Part shown: positions 1 through 10,225 of the stretch, piece after piece
How positions within the stretch are numbered: the stretch's first letter is position 1
Layout: every line of letters starts with the position of its first letter
NCBI GenBank assembly: GCA_963812015.1
Contig: CAWETI010000002.1
Span: 512,001 to 576,000 of the forward strand
DNA: 64,000 nt
Source: an uncultured delta proteobacterium
Lineage (GTDB): Bacteria > Desulfobacterota > Desulfobaccia > Desulfobaccales > 0-14-0-80-60-11
Direction: 5' to 3'
Notes under the pieces: generated by a model
Seen by the model: the letters and a program-made list of their open reading frames with translations, nothing else
Database searches by the model: none
What the model was told of the DNA's origin: nothing
Program-made: the position numbers and the translations under genes

Positions 1-170
1 GGCATCGCCCTTAATCCTCTTCCGCCCTAGAAGAATCCGCCGTGGCCCCTCCTGCCACCGCCCGCCGTCTCGACCCCGCCCGGGTTTATTAGTGTGAAAT
101 TTGATCCGTCCCGGCCATGGCCGGGGCCTGTAGCGCTATCAGGGCAGTAATTTCGCTCAAGGGAATTTAC

Positions 171-1730
171 ATGACCATATGGTATTTTTTTGTAGAGATT
201 CTTCTGGTGGGCCTCGGCTTCGTGGCTGGCTTTTTCTACCGCAAGTATGTGATGGACAGCCACCAGCAGTCTTTGGAGGCGCTGGGCAAGAAGATCCTGG
301 ATGAAGCCCGCAAGGATGGCGAGAGCATCAGGAAGGAGGCTAAACTCCAGGCCAAAGACCAGCTCTTGCAGATGAAGACGGACTTCGAAAAAGAAACTCA
401 CGAGCGGCGCCACGAACTCAACCAGCTGGAGCGCCGCCTTCTCCAGAAAGAGGAAAACCTGGAGAAGAAAGGGGCTCTGGTGGACGAACGGGACACCGAG
501 CTGATCAAGAAGCACAAACTGGCAGCCAAACTGGAAGAGGACCTCAAGGCCCAGGCGGAACGGTACCAGCAATTGGTGACGGAACAGAATACCCGCCTGG
601 AGCACCTGGCCGGCATGAGCGCCCAGGAGGCCAAAGACCATCTCCTCCATTCCATGGAGCGGGAAATCCGGGCCGACGCCGCCCGCCTGGTGAAGCGCAT
701 CGAGACCGAAGCCAAGGAGCACGCCGACCGCAAGGCCAAAGAGATTATCGGGCTGGCCATCAAACGCTATGCTTCGGACTATGTGGCCGAGCAGACCGTC
801 TCGGTGGTGGCCTTGCCCAACGAAGAGATGAAAGGGCGCATCATCGGCCGGGAAGGCCGAAACATCCGCGCCCTGGAAGCCGCCACCGGAGTGGACATCA
901 TTATCGACGACACCCCGGAAGCGGTCATCTTGAGCGCCTTCAACCCGGTGCGCCGGGAGGTGGCCCGGCGGAGCCTGGAACGCCTCATCTCCGACGGCCG
1001 CATCCATCCCGGACGCATCGAAGAGATCGTGGAGAAGGTCACCCAGGAACTGGAGGTGAATATCCGGGAGGCGGGGGAGGAAGCCGCCTTTGACGCCGGG
1101 GTGCACGGGCTCCACCCGGAGTTGGTCAAGCTCCTGGGCAAGCTGAAGTTCCGCACCAGCTACGCCCAAAACGTCTTGCAACATTCGGTGGAAGTCTGCT
1201 ACCTCTGCGGCATTATGGCCGCCGAACTGGGTCTCAACGTCAAGCACGCCAAGCGGGCCGGATTGCTCCATGACATCGGCAAGGCCGTGGACCAGGAGGC
1301 CGAGGGCGTCCATGCCCTCATCGGCGCTGATCTGGCCAAACGCCACGGCGAGTCTCCCAAGGTGGTGCATGCCATCGCCGCGCACCACGAAGACGTCCAG
1401 CCTGAGAACATCCTGGCGGTCCTGGTGCAGGCGGCCGACACCCTCTCGGGGGCCCGGCCGGGGGCCCGGCGGGAGATGCTGGAGACCTACGTCAAACGCC
1501 TGGAAGACCTGGAAAGGGTGGCCCTGTCGTTCGGCGGCATCAGCAAAACCTACGCCATCCAGGCCGGCCGGGAGATCCGCCTCATCGTGGAAAGCGAGAA
1601 GGTCAACGACGAAGAAGCGGCCCTGCTCAGCCGGGAGGTGGCCAAGAAGATCGAACAGGACCTCACCTATCCCGGGCAGATCAAGGTCACCGTCATCCGG
1701 GAGACCCGGTCGGTGGAATACGCCCGCTGA
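171..1730 (+). CDS. rny: Ribonuclease Y
   Basis: N-terminal TM helix, coiled coil, KH domain (KGRIIGREGRNIR), HD domain (LLHDIGK). Start moved to ATG 171 after AAGGGA. Confidence 0.96.
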   Translation: MTIWYFFVEILLVGLGFVAGFFYRKYVMDSHQQSLEALGKKILDEARKDGESIRKEAKLQAKDQLLQMKTDFEKETHERRHELNQLERRLLQKEENLEKKGALVDERDTELIKKHKLAAKLEEDLKAQAERYQQLVTEQNTRLEHLAGMSAQEAKDHLLHSMEREIRADAARLVKRIETEAKEHADRKAKEIIGLAIKRYASDYVAEQTVSVVALPNEEMKGRIIGREGRNIRALEAATGVDIIIDDTPEAVILSAFNPVRREVARRSLERLISDGRIHPGRIEEIVEKVTQELEVNIREAGEEAAFDAGVHGLHPELVKLLGKLKFRTSYAQNVLQHSVEVCYLCGIMAAELGLNVKHAKRAGLLHDIGKAVDQEAEGVHALIGADLAKRHGESPKVVHAIAAHHEDVQPENILAVLVQAADTLSGARPGARREMLETYVKRLEDLERVALSFGGISKTYAIQAGREIRLIVESEKVNDEEAALLSREVAKKIEQDLTYPGQIKVTVIRETRSVEYAR

Positions 1731-1744
1731 GGCCCGGTGAATCC

Positions 1745-2527
1745 ATGAATATCTTGTTCATCGGCGATATCGTGGGGGCCCCGGGACGGCGGGTGATGGA
1801 AGAACTCTTGCCCCGGGCGGTGGATCACTATTGCATCGATTTGGTGGTGGCCAACGGTGAAAACGCCTCCGGCGGCCTCGGCATCACCCCCCAGGTGGCC
1901 GACCAGTTCCTGAGCCAGGGGGTGGACGTCCTCACCAGCGGCAACCACATCTGGAAACACAAAGAGATTCTTCCCTATCTGGAGGACACCGACCGCCTGC
2001 TGCGCCCGGCCAATTACCCCCCGGGGGCTCCCGGGCGGGGGCTGGTCACGGTGGAGACCGCCGCCGGCGAGCCTGTGGCCATCATCAATCTGGAAGGCCG
2101 GGTCTTCATGAACGCCATTGAGTGCCCCTTCCGCACGGTGGATCGGCTCCTGGAAACCCTGTCCCCGGAAGTGAAGGTCATCCTGGTGGACATGCACGCC
2201 GAGGCCACCAGCGAGAAGCAGGCCATGGGCTGGCACCTGGACGGCCGGGTGAGCGCCATGGTGGGGACCCACACCCACGTCCAGACCGCCGACGAGCGCA
2301 TCCTGCCGGGGGGCACCGGTTATATCAGCGACATCGGCATGACGGGCCCGGTGGATTCGGTCATCGGTATGAAGCGGGAGATCATCCTGGAGCGCTTCCT
2401 GACCCAGCGGCCCCACCCCTTTAAAGTGGCCACCCAGAACATGCAACTTCAGGGCGTGGTGCTGAAAATCGACGCTCAGGGCCGCTGTCAGGAAGTCATC
2501 CGGGTGCAAATGCCGCTAAAATCCTGA
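1745..2527 (+). CDS. ymdB: YmdB-family metallophosphoesterase
   Basis: GDIVG, NGEN, GNH, HAEATSEK and GTHTH motifs; usual position after rny. Confidence 0.92.
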   Translation: MNILFIGDIVGAPGRRVMEELLPRAVDHYCIDLVVANGENASGGLGITPQVADQFLSQGVDVLTSGNHIWKHKEILPYLEDTDRLLRPANYPPGAPGRGLVTVETAAGEPVAIINLEGRVFMNAIECPFRTVDRLLETLSPEVKVILVDMHAEATSEKQAMGWHLDGRVSAMVGTHTHVQTADERILPGGTGYISDIGMTGPVDSVIGMKREIILERFLTQRPHPFKVATQNMQLQGVVLKIDAQGRCQEVIRVQMPLKS

Positions 2528-2535
2528 AACCCGGC

Positions 2536-2754
2536 ATGGGCCACACCTTCCAAGTATTCCAGGCCGTCCTGGCCTTCACCTTCATGGTCTTGCGGTGCGT
2601 TTTCCTGTAAAATCGGGGAGTCATCCGGGAGGAACCCGGCTCGGTCTTTGGGCAGTTGTTGACCGAGGTGGCCTTGCCGGTGGTGATCTTTGCCAAGTCG
2701 GCCACCAGCCCATGGGATCTTGCGAACCTGGCCGACACCGTGCAGGGGAGATGA
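2536..2754 (+). pseudogene. N-terminal remnant of a probable AEC-family transporter
   Basis: Reads MGHTFQVFQAVLAFTFMVLRCVFL*NRGVIREEPGSVFGQLLTEVALPVVIFAK with in-frame TAA at 2608-2610, then loses similarity. Confidence 0.5.
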
Positions 2755-2798
2755 TTACGGCTCGCTTCGCCGTCGTCATGGCGTTGTCTTGAGGCTTA

Positions 2799-3035
2799 AT
2801 GGGGTCGGGGGGCGGCATCCTGGGAGGGCTGGGAGGCGCCGGCGAGACCCAGGTGCTCCGGACCATCACCGACGACCTCACCCGCCATGACCTGAAGAAC
2901 CGGCCCATCAAGCCCGGGGAGCTGGCCTACGGCCGCATCCTCTTTCCCGGGGAGGCAGGCCAACCCCAGTCCCTCAGGCTGCAACTGCAAGACCAGGCCA
3001 CCGGCCAGGTGTACACCCTGAACCTGAATTTTTAA
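2799..3035 (+). pseudogene. C-terminal fragment of a hypothetical glycine-zipper, lipoprotein-like protein
   Basis: GC3-rich coding-like codons. Begins inside a glycine-zipper segment (GGGILGGLGG) with no signal peptide or clear RBS. Confidence 0.45.
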
Positions 3036-3211
3036 GTTTTGAGCCGGGTTCAGACAGACCTTGAGAGCCAAAGACCTGCCGGTCCCGGCCCCGGCGTCCG
3101 CTGAGAGGGGGGAAGGCGAAATCGGCATGTTTTTCCATTGATAAACCTGCCCTGCTGGTTTAAATAATAACGATACCCCGTTTTATGAAATAACCGAAAA
3201 AAGGACCTCCC

Positions 3212-4372
3212 ATGAAAATTCACGAATATCAAGCCAAAGATTTGCTGAAGCAATTTAACGTGCCGGTGCCCCAGGGCAACGTGGCCACGACCTCCCGGGA
3301 AGCCCGGCAGGTGGCGGAAGAATTGTCCGAAGGCCCCTTTGTGGTCAAGGCCCAGATTCACGCCGGGGGCCGGGGCAAGGGCGGGGGCATCAAGGTCGCG
3401 GCCACCTTTGAGGAAGTGGAGGGGGTGGCCGACCAGATCCTGGGCATGACCCTGGTCACGCCCCAGACGGGCCCCGAAGGCAAGGTGGTCAACAAGGTCC
3501 TGGTAGAGCAGGCCCAGGACATCGCCCAGGAACTTTACCTGGGGATGGTAGTGGACCGGGCCTCGGGCCGGCCGGTGATCATGATGAGCGCCGAGGGCGG
3601 CATGGAGATCGAGGAAGTGGCGGCCCGGACCCCTTCGCTGATCTTCAAGGAGGCGGTGGACCCGGCCACGGGCTGCATGGCCTACCAGGCCCGGAACCTG
3701 GCCTTTGGGATTGGGCTGAGCCCCACCCTGATCCGCCCGGCCACGAGTTTCATCGAGAATCTCTATCGCATGTTCACCAGCCTGGACTGCTCCCTGGCGG
3801 AGATCAACCCCCTGGTGGTCACCAAGGGCGGGGCCATGCTGGCCCTGGACGCCAAGCTCAACCTGGATGACAACGCCATGTTCCGGCACCACGACCTGGC
3901 GGCCATGGAAGACCCGGACGAAATGGACCCCCTGGAGCATGAAGCCCGGAAGCACCACCTCAACTACATTCGCCTCACCGGGAATGTGGGGGCCATGGTG
4001 AACGGGGCCGGTCTGGCCATGGCCACCATGGACCTGATCAAGGCCGCCGGGGCCGAACCCGCCAACTTTTTGGACGTGGGCGGCGGGGCCTCGGCCGAAA
4101 TGGTGGCCAACGGCTTCCGGATCATCCTGGGAGACCCCAACGTTAAAGGGGTGCTCATCAACATTTTCGGTGGCATCCTCCGGTGCGACGTTTTGGCCAA
4201 CGGGGTGGTGGAGGCGGTGAAACAGGTGCAGGTCAAGGTGCCCATCATCGTGCGCTTGGAAGGCACCAACGTGGAGCAGGGCCGGGAGATCCTGGACAAA
4301 TCCGGCCTCACCTTCACCGTGGCCACCGATATGCTGGACGCCGCCAAGAAAGTGGCGGCGCTGGTCGGGTAA
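3212..4372 (+). CDS. sucC: Succinyl-CoA ligase (ADP-forming) beta subunit
   Basis: MKIHEYQAK, KAQIHAGGRGKGGG, NGAGLAMATMD, NFLDVGGGA, NIFGGI. Confidence 0.97.
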   Translation: MKIHEYQAKDLLKQFNVPVPQGNVATTSREARQVAEELSEGPFVVKAQIHAGGRGKGGGIKVAATFEEVEGVADQILGMTLVTPQTGPEGKVVNKVLVEQAQDIAQELYLGMVVDRASGRPVIMMSAEGGMEIEEVAARTPSLIFKEAVDPATGCMAYQARNLAFGIGLSPTLIRPATSFIENLYRMFTSLDCSLAEINPLVVTKGGAMLALDAKLNLDDNAMFRHHDLAAMEDPDEMDPLEHEARKHHLNYIRLTGNVGAMVNGAGLAMATMDLIKAAGAEPANFLDVGGGASAEMVANGFRIILGDPNVKGVLINIFGGILRCDVLANGVVEAVKQVQVKVPIIVRLEGTNVEQGREILDKSGLTFTVATDMLDAAKKVAALVG

Positions 4373-4532
4373 GCCACCCGGCCGGGATGGGGATGCCGGT
4401 TCATCTTGCGGGGCGGCACTACCGGGAATCTGGTAAAATTTGTTCGCACCGGGATAACATTTAAGCCCTCGCCACGGTCTTATTAGGCAGAAATCCCCCC
4501 TGAGGGGGAAACGCCGGAAGAGAGGTTTGACG

Positions 4533-5009
4533 ATGATCAAGAAACTGAGCATGATGGTGGCCGCTTTGGGTGTGTTGGCCTTCCTCACGGCCCCGCCGTC
4601 CGGGGCCCAGCAGCAGGCCCCCCCGGCGGCAGTCCCGGGGCAGCCGGCCGCCCGGCAAGCGGCCAGGCTTTACAATCCCCAGACTGTGGAGATCCTGGCG
4701 GGAAGAGTGGTGGCCATCAACCGCCTTGCCCCCAAGAAGGCCGGCCGGCCCGTGCGAGTGACGATGGTCCTCCAGACCGACCAGGGAGCCGTTAAGGTCC
4801 ACCTGGGGCCCGCCGACTTTATCGACCAACAGATGATACTGGCCGTAGGCGACCAGGTGGAGGTCAAAGGCGTGCGGATCACCCGCCCCCGTGTAACCAT
4901 GTTTATTGCCGGCGAGGTGAAAAAGGGCGACCAGGTTTTGAAGCTCCGGGACGACGCCACCGGGCGGCCCTTGTGGTTTAAGGGGAAAAATCCTGGCGGG
5001 GCCATGTGA
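4533..5009 (+). CDS. Exported OB-fold-like hypothetical protein
   Basis: Signal peptide (ending PSGA/QQ), YNPQTVE, VHLGP and LRDxxGRPLW motifs; RBS GAGAGG. Confidence 0.75.
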   Translation: MIKKLSMMVAALGVLAFLTAPPSGAQQQAPPAAVPGQPAARQAARLYNPQTVEILAGRVVAINRLAPKKAGRPVRVTMVLQTDQGAVKVHLGPADFIDQQMILAVGDQVEVKGVRITRPRVTMFIAGEVKKGDQVLKLRDDATGRPLWFKGKNPGGAM

Positions 5010-5099
5010 TCCCGGGCCAGGCCGTAAAGTATGAGTTGGGGCAGGCATGGCGCCTGCCCCGTATATTTTCCGCTGCTGACCCCTGGCCCAGGAGGCCTG

Positions 5100-5525
5100 G
5101 TGAAGATCTATAAATTATCCCGGTCGATCCTAATTTTTATTTATGGCCTCTTGGGCTTTGTCTCGCTCATTGGGGTAATCATAATTTTCCAGGGCTTCAG
5201 GGGCGGCCTCACCCTGGGCCCGGCCCAACCTTTTTTCCTCCTCTGGCTGGGGGTGCTGGCCTGGGTCTGGTTTAGCTATGCAAGAATCCCGTTGACCATC
5301 ACCTGGCGGGATGAGGGGGTCCTGGAGTTCAAGAGCCTCATTGCCACCACGCAGGTGCCGGTGGAGGACGTCATCGCCATCAAAGCCACGCCCCTGAGCT
5401 GGGGCTTTATCAAGATAACCTACCAGGGGGGCAGCCTCAGGCTATTGTGCCAGATCACCGGCCTTTATGAACTGATCGGCGCCGTGAAGGCCAAAAACCC
5501 TCGGGTGGAGATCGTGGGGTGCTGA
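5100..5525 (+). CDS. Hypothetical two-TM membrane protein with small beta-rich C-terminal domain
   Basis: GGAGG at 5091 before GTG 5100; two hydrophobic segments. Confidence 0.7.
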   Translation: MKIYKLSRSILIFIYGLLGFVSLIGVIIIFQGFRGGLTLGPAQPFFLLWLGVLAWVWFSYARIPLTITWRDEGVLEFKSLIATTQVPVEDVIAIKATPLSWGFIKITYQGGSLRLLCQITGLYELIGAVKAKNPRVEIVGC

Positions 5526-5882
5526 GAATTTTGAGCTATCAGCAGTCAGCTTTCAGCCAAACCACCGATCATCGGAAGACCACCTCCAGATAAGGCAGGC
5601 CCCGCCCATCATTTCTTCCTTTCCTTTAAGGGATTTAGCCGCAATTTTCAGCCTTTCTGGCACTGGTCCCCCCGGGCATGGTTAATATTGACCCTTGGGG
5701 GCCATTACCGTTTCTAGATAAAAATTGACCAAGTTTGGGAGATATGCGAAACTCAAAAAACCGCCTGGTTTAGGCCGCAACGGGCACAGGCCGGGCCGGT
5801 GAGAATTATTTCCCGTTATTGCTGATAACCTGAAACGAGGGTTTCCGGTTATAACGAAATTCACGTTAATGAAAGGTGACGT

Positions 5883-6752
5883 ATGAGCGTTCTGGTAAAT
5901 AACGATACCCGGTTAGTGGTGCAAGGGATTACCGGCAAGGAGGGCTCTTTCCATGCCCGGGCCTGCGCCGAATACGGCACCAAGCTGGTGGCCGGGGTGA
6001 CCCCGGGCAAAGGCGGCCAGAAGATGGACGAGGTGCCGGTGTTCAACACCGTGGCCCAGGCAGTGAAAGACACGGGGGCCAATACCTCCATGATCTTCGT
6101 GCCCCCGGCCTTTGCCGCCGACGCCATCCTGGAGTCCGCCGCGGCGGGCATCAAGGTGGCGGTGTGCATCACCGAGGGCATCCCCACCCTGGATATGGTG
6201 CGGGTGATGGCCGCCCTGAGGGGTACGGACTGCCGCCTCATCGGCCCCAACTGCCCGGGGATCATCTCGCCGGGCCAGGCCAAGGTGGGGATTATGCCCG
6301 GCCACATCCACCGGCCGGGGCCCATGGGCCTGGTGTCCCGCAGCGGCACGTTGACCTATGAAGCGGTGCATCAACTCACCCTGCTGGGGATCGGCCAGAG
6401 CACCTGCGTGGGCATCGGCGGCGACCCCATTATCGGCACCACCTTCATCGACATGCTGCAACTGTTCGAGGCCGACCCCCAGACCGAGGGCATCGTGCTC
6501 ATCGGCGAGATCGGCGGCACCGCGGAAGAAGAGGCGGCCTCTTTCATCTCCCGGTACGTGTCGAAACCGGTGGTGAGTTTCATTGCCGGCCAGACCGCAC
6601 CTCCGGGCAAACGCATGGGCCATGCCGGGGCCATTATCTCCGGCGGCAGCGGCAAGGCCTCCGACAAAATGGCTGCCCTCACCAGCGTCGGGGTGACCGT
6701 GGTGGCCAATATCGGCGACCTGGGACAGGCGGTCAAGAGAGTGATGAGATAG
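5883..6752 (+). CDS. sucD: Succinyl-CoA ligase alpha subunit
   Basis: [24 protein letters not shown] and the phospho-His motif RMGHAGA. Confidence 0.97.
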   Translation: MSVLVNNDTRLVVQGITGKEGSFHARACAEYGTKLVAGVTPGKGGQKMDEVPVFNTVAQAVKDTGANTSMIFVPPAFAADAILESAAAGIKVAVCITEGIPTLDMVRVMAALRGTDCRLIGPNCPGIISPGQAKVGIMPGHIHRPGPMGLVSRSGTLTYEAVHQLTLLGIGQSTCVGIGGDPIIGTTFIDMLQLFEADPQTEGIVLIGEIGGTAEEEAASFISRYVSKPVVSFIAGQTAPPGKRMGHAGAIISGGSGKASDKMAALTSVGVTVVANIGDLGQAVKRVMR

Positions 6753-6764
6753 CGCGACTGAACC

Positions 6765-7331
6765 ATGAAGATCCTGCTCCACATCTGCTGTGCCCCCTGT
6801 GCGATCTATCCGGTAGAATCTCTGAAGATTTTGGGGCATCAGGTGCGGGGCTTTTTCTTTAATCCCAATATTCATCCGTACCAGGAGTTTGCCCGCCGGA
6901 TTGCCACCCTGGAGGACTATGCGGCCAAAACCAAGCTGCCCATCATCTGGGACCGCAGTTATCAGTTGGAAGATTTTTTGCGGAATATTGTTTTCCGGGA
7001 GCAGGAACGGTGCCGGTTCTGCTACTACCTGAGGCTCAAGGCCACGGCCCGGGTGGCCAAGGCCGGCAAGTTCGACGCCTTCACCTCCACCCTCCTCTAC
7101 AGTAAATTCCAGAACCATGAGGTGATCCGGGAGTTGGGGGAACAGGTGGTGCAGGAGGTGGGCGTGCCGTTTTATTACCTGGACTTTCGCAAAGGGTGGT
7201 CTTCAGGCAGGGCGAAGGCCAATAAGATGGGCCTCTACAAGCAGCAATACTGCGGCTGCATCTTCAGTGAACGGGACCGCTTCGAGCCTCGCGCCCAGGC
7301 CAGTCAGGGTGAAGGACTGGCCAAGCGGTAA
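6765..7331 (+). CDS. queH: Epoxyqueuosine reductase QueH
   Basis: LLHICCAPC, NPNIHP, RCxxCY, YxQxYCGC. Confidence 0.92.
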   Translation: MKILLHICCAPCAIYPVESLKILGHQVRGFFFNPNIHPYQEFARRIATLEDYAAKTKLPIIWDRSYQLEDFLRNIVFREQERCRFCYYLRLKATARVAKAGKFDAFTSTLLYSKFQNHEVIRELGEQVVQEVGVPFYYLDFRKGWSSGRAKANKMGLYKQQYCGCIFSERDRFEPRAQASQGEGLAKR

Positions 7332-7472
7332 ATCCGGGAGGGGGGCATCCCACCCGCCTGCAGCTTAAGGCCAGGCCGCCGCGATCTACCGTCAGGGCAG
7401 GGGGCAAGGGGCGAAAGGCCAGGGGCTGCAAAAAGACTAAGGAATAACCGGGTTTATTTCGATAAGATTACT

Positions 7473-7877
7473 ATGATGACTTCGTGGCTGACGCTGAGCA
7501 ACCGTCAGGAAAATCTCAAGCTGTTACTGGATTATATCAGGAAGTGGGCCGAGGAGCGGGGTTTATCGCCGAATCGCCGGCTCAGCCTGGAGAAGGCGGC
7601 CGAGGAAATCTTTCGCCACCTGGTGACCCATGCCTATCGGCCCGATCAGCCCGGCTCCATCGCGGTTTCCCTGGAGGAAAGGGGACCCCGGTTGCGCCTG
7701 ATGTTCGAAGACGACGCCGCCCCCCACAATCCCAGCGGCCTTACCGGCCTCCCGGCGCCGGACGGGTCTGCCCCGGCCAGTTGTTCCCTCTACAACGGGC
7801 TGCAACAACTGGCCGAAAGTCTGGTCTATTACCGCACCGCGGACCGCAAGAATCGAATGGCGGTCTTTCTGGCCTAA
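7473..7877 (+). CDS. RsbW-like anti-sigma factor / HATPase_c-like protein with degenerate motifs
   Basis: EEIFRHLVTHAY and FEDDAAPHNP match the RsbW layout, but N-box and G-box residues are altered. Confidence 0.7.
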   Translation: MMTSWLTLSNRQENLKLLLDYIRKWAEERGLSPNRRLSLEKAAEEIFRHLVTHAYRPDQPGSIAVSLEERGPRLRLMFEDDAAPHNPSGLTGLPAPDGSAPASCSLYNGLQQLAESLVYYRTADRKNRMAVFLA

Positions 7878-7984
7878 GGGATGCAATGCGGGGCAGGCCG
7901 GCGTCCGGGTGGAGGCGGGATCGCGTCCGACCTGGACGCTGTAGGGGCCGGGGGATTCCCCAGCCCTCACCCCCCCGGTTCTGA

Positions 7985-8401
7985 TCAACGGGCGTATTGC
8001 TGGGCCTTGCGGAAGGCCTCTTGGGCTTCCTGCTCCTTGCCCCGCTGCTTGAGAAATTCTCCCAGAAAATTCCAGCCTTCGGCGTAGTCGGGCTTCAGGG
8101 CCACGGCCTTGCGCAGTTCGGCTTCCGCCTCGGAATAGTTACCGATCCGGGCCAGGGCGCTGCCCAGCAAACTGTGCACCTCGGCCCAGTCCGGCCGCAT
8201 GCCCAGCGCCTGGCGGAAGGATTTTACGGCTTCGGTATCCTGGCCTTCTCCCGCCAGAAGGAGCCCGGATTTGAGATAATCCTGGGCGGCCCGCTCATTC
8301 GCGGCTTTAACCTTGTCGGAGCCGCTGTCGGCGAACACCTGGGCGCCGGCGCCCAGGGCCAGGGCAATCATTACCAGCACTATAACCATCCATCGCTTCA
8401 T
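7985..8401 (-). CDS. Exported tetratricopeptide-repeat protein
   Basis: Signal peptide MKRWMVIVLVMIALALGAGAQVFA followed by about 3 TPRs. Confidence 0.85.
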   Translation of the reverse strand: MKRWMVIVLVMIALALGAGAQVFADSGSDKVKAANERAAQDYLKSGLLLAGEGQDTEAVKSFRQALGMRPDWAEVHSLLGSALARIGNYSEAEAELRKAVALKPDYAEGWNFLGEFLKQRGKEQEAQEAFRKAQQYAR

Positions 8402-8550
8402 AGATTTTCCTCCATGGGTAAGGTAAAAACTCCAGAAAATTTCGGTTGAGGGGAGGGCCGGAGCGAGCGCCCCGGACGCCGCCCTTGAAGCTTCAGGGCG
8501 CCGAGTTCTCATACCATGTTGCTCTCATAGAAGTAAGAAAAACGTCTTCC

Positions 8551-8611
8551 TGTAGGGGCGCACCTGTGTATGCGCACTCGATCAGGGCGGACACATGGGT
8601 CCGCCCCTACA
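8551..8611. repeat. GTAG-type REP doublet
   Basis: TGTAGGGGCG...CGCCCCTACA inverted ends enclosing two internal palindromes. Confidence 0.8.
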
Positions 8612-8672
8612 AAACAATATTACCTGTATGAGCGCAACTTGGCATCAGGCCAGACCCCGGCGCCATTGGGCC

Positions 8673-9410
8673 TCAGGCCAGTGGTCCCACGGCTGCCAGA
8701 TACAGGGGCACCTCTTGGGATTTGTCCACGCCGACAATGCTCTCCACTTCCTCGTCGAAGAAGGCCCCCACCGGGCAGACCCCCAGTCCCAGGGCCGTGG
8801 CGGCCAGCATCAGATTCTGGCAGATGTGGCCGGCATCCAGGAACAGGTAGCGCACGGCCCGCTCCCGGTATTTCCACCGGGCCCGGTTCAACACCCCGGT
8901 CCAGATAAACACCGCCCCCGCTTCACTCAGGAAGCTCTGGGCCAGTCCGGCCTGGACCAGGGGCTGGCGAAAATCGCCGGCGGCCACCAATTCCAGGGCA
9001 AAATCCAGGACCTGGAAATGCCAGATACCCGGGGCCACCCCCTCGACCCGGTGCACCGCCAGGTAGGTCTCCACCGGATACAGTGCCCCGGCGGAGGGTG
9101 AGGCCCGGAAATGATACCCGCCCATGGAGCCGGTGATCCCCTGGGTGGCCCAGAGCAGGGCGGCCAGTTCCGCCTGGGTCAGGGGCCGGTCCAGATAGTC
9201 GCGCCGGGAACGGCGCCCGGCCAGGCAGGCCCACAGGTCGGCCCCCCGGCGGCCGGACTCCGGCGCCAGGCCGAGGCGCTGGGCCGCGTCGGGATATTCT
9301 TTATAGAGGGGCGCCCGGGGATAAGCCAGGGACCTTTCTCCCAGGGTGCGCCGCTGATAGCGGGTCTCCTCGAGGTAACGGCGGGCAATCCCCGTTTCCG
9401 GCTGATTCAT
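8673..9410 (-). CDS. SagB/ThcOx-family nitroreductase-like dehydrogenase
   Basis: RRSRRDY, RASPSAGALYPVE, DAGHICQN, CPVGAF. Confidence 0.9.
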   Translation of the reverse strand: MNQPETGIARRYLEETRYQRRTLGERSLAYPRAPLYKEYPDAAQRLGLAPESGRRGADLWACLAGRRSRRDYLDRPLTQAELAALLWATQGITGSMGGYHFRASPSAGALYPVETYLAVHRVEGVAPGIWHFQVLDFALELVAAGDFRQPLVQAGLAQSFLSEAGAVFIWTGVLNRARWKYRERAVRYLFLDAGHICQNLMLAATALGLGVCPVGAFFDEEVESIVGVDKSQEVPLYLAAVGPLA

Positions 9411-10210
9411 GCCGATCCCCCCTTACCTCGTTCTTCCCGACGGGGGCGGTTTCTTTCGTAGATGATCTTCAGGCCCTTCAGGGTCAGGTAATCGTCCACC
9501 GCATCGATGCTCCGGCTTTCCGAAGCGATGAGGCAGGCCAGGCCGCCGGTGGCGATCACCCAGGTCTTGGTTCCCAGGGCCTCCTTGATGCGGCCGACAA
9601 TGCCGTCCACCAGGCCGGCATAGCCGAAAATAATCCCGGCGTTCATGCTGCTGATGGTGTCTTTGGCGATGATGCTCTTGGGCTTGGCGAAGATTTCCAC
9701 CCGGGGCAGCTTGGAGGCCTTGAGGAAGAGGGCCTCACAGGAGATCATCACTCCCGGGGCGATGACCCCGCCCAGATACTCTCCCTGGCGGGACACCACG
9801 TCAAAGGTGGTGGCGGTGCCGAAATCCACCACCACAACCGCGCCGTGGACCTGCTCAAAAGCGGCCACCGCGTTGACGATGCGGTCAGCCCCCACTTCCC
9901 GGGGGTTGTCATAATGGATCGGCATGCCGGTCTTGATCCCGGGACCCACCCACAAGGGGTGGACCTGCAAGTAACGCTGGGCAAACCCGTCCAGGGTATT
10001 GTTCATGGGAGGGACCACGCAGGAAATTATCAAGTCGGTGCCCGGTTCCAGGGTCATGCCCTGGGCCTGAAAGAGATTGCGCAGCAGGATGCCATACTCG
10101 TCCACGGTGGCTTCTTTTTCGGTTCGGATCCGCCAGTGGCTCACGATCTGGTCATCCTGATAGACCCCGATCACCGTATTGGTATTCCCCACATCCATCA
10201 CCAGCAGCAT
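9407..10210 (-). CDS. coaX: Type III pantothenate kinase
   Basis: DVGNTN, GADR, DFGTATT, ATGG. Confidence 0.95.
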   Translation of the reverse strand: MLLVMDVGNTNTVIGVYQDDQIVSHWRIRTEKEATVDEYGILLRNLFQAQGMTLEPGTDLIISCVVPPMNNTLDGFAQRYLQVHPLWVGPGIKTGMPIHYDNPREVGADRIVNAVAAFEQVHGAVVVVDFGTATTFDVVSRQGEYLGGVIAPGVMISCEALFLKASKLPRVEIFAKPKSIIAKDTISSMNAGIIFGYAGLVDGIVGRIKEALGTKTWVIATGGLACLIASESRSIDAVDDYLTLKGLKIIYERNRPRREERGKGGSA

Positions 10211-10225
10211 GGGCGCGTCCCCCTC

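Noticed and set aside
1..170. Possible 6S RNA upstream of rny
   Set aside because: The position is suggestive, but I cannot see the long rod with a central bubble in this stretch.
27..1388. Long antisense or alternative-frame ORFs (e.g. 27-1388, 3050-4588, 9845-11497, 28713-30098, 63372-63875)
   Set aside because: Shadows of real genes caused by high GC3; no recognisable motifs or RBS.
4533..5009. Resemblance to MamS/MamX-type domains as a sign of magnetosome genes
   Set aside because: No CxxCH magnetochrome motifs and no other mam genes in the window.
8673..9410. SagB-like dehydrogenase as part of a RiPP cluster
   Set aside because: No YcaO, precursor peptide or transporter nearby; it overlaps the housekeeping gene coaX.
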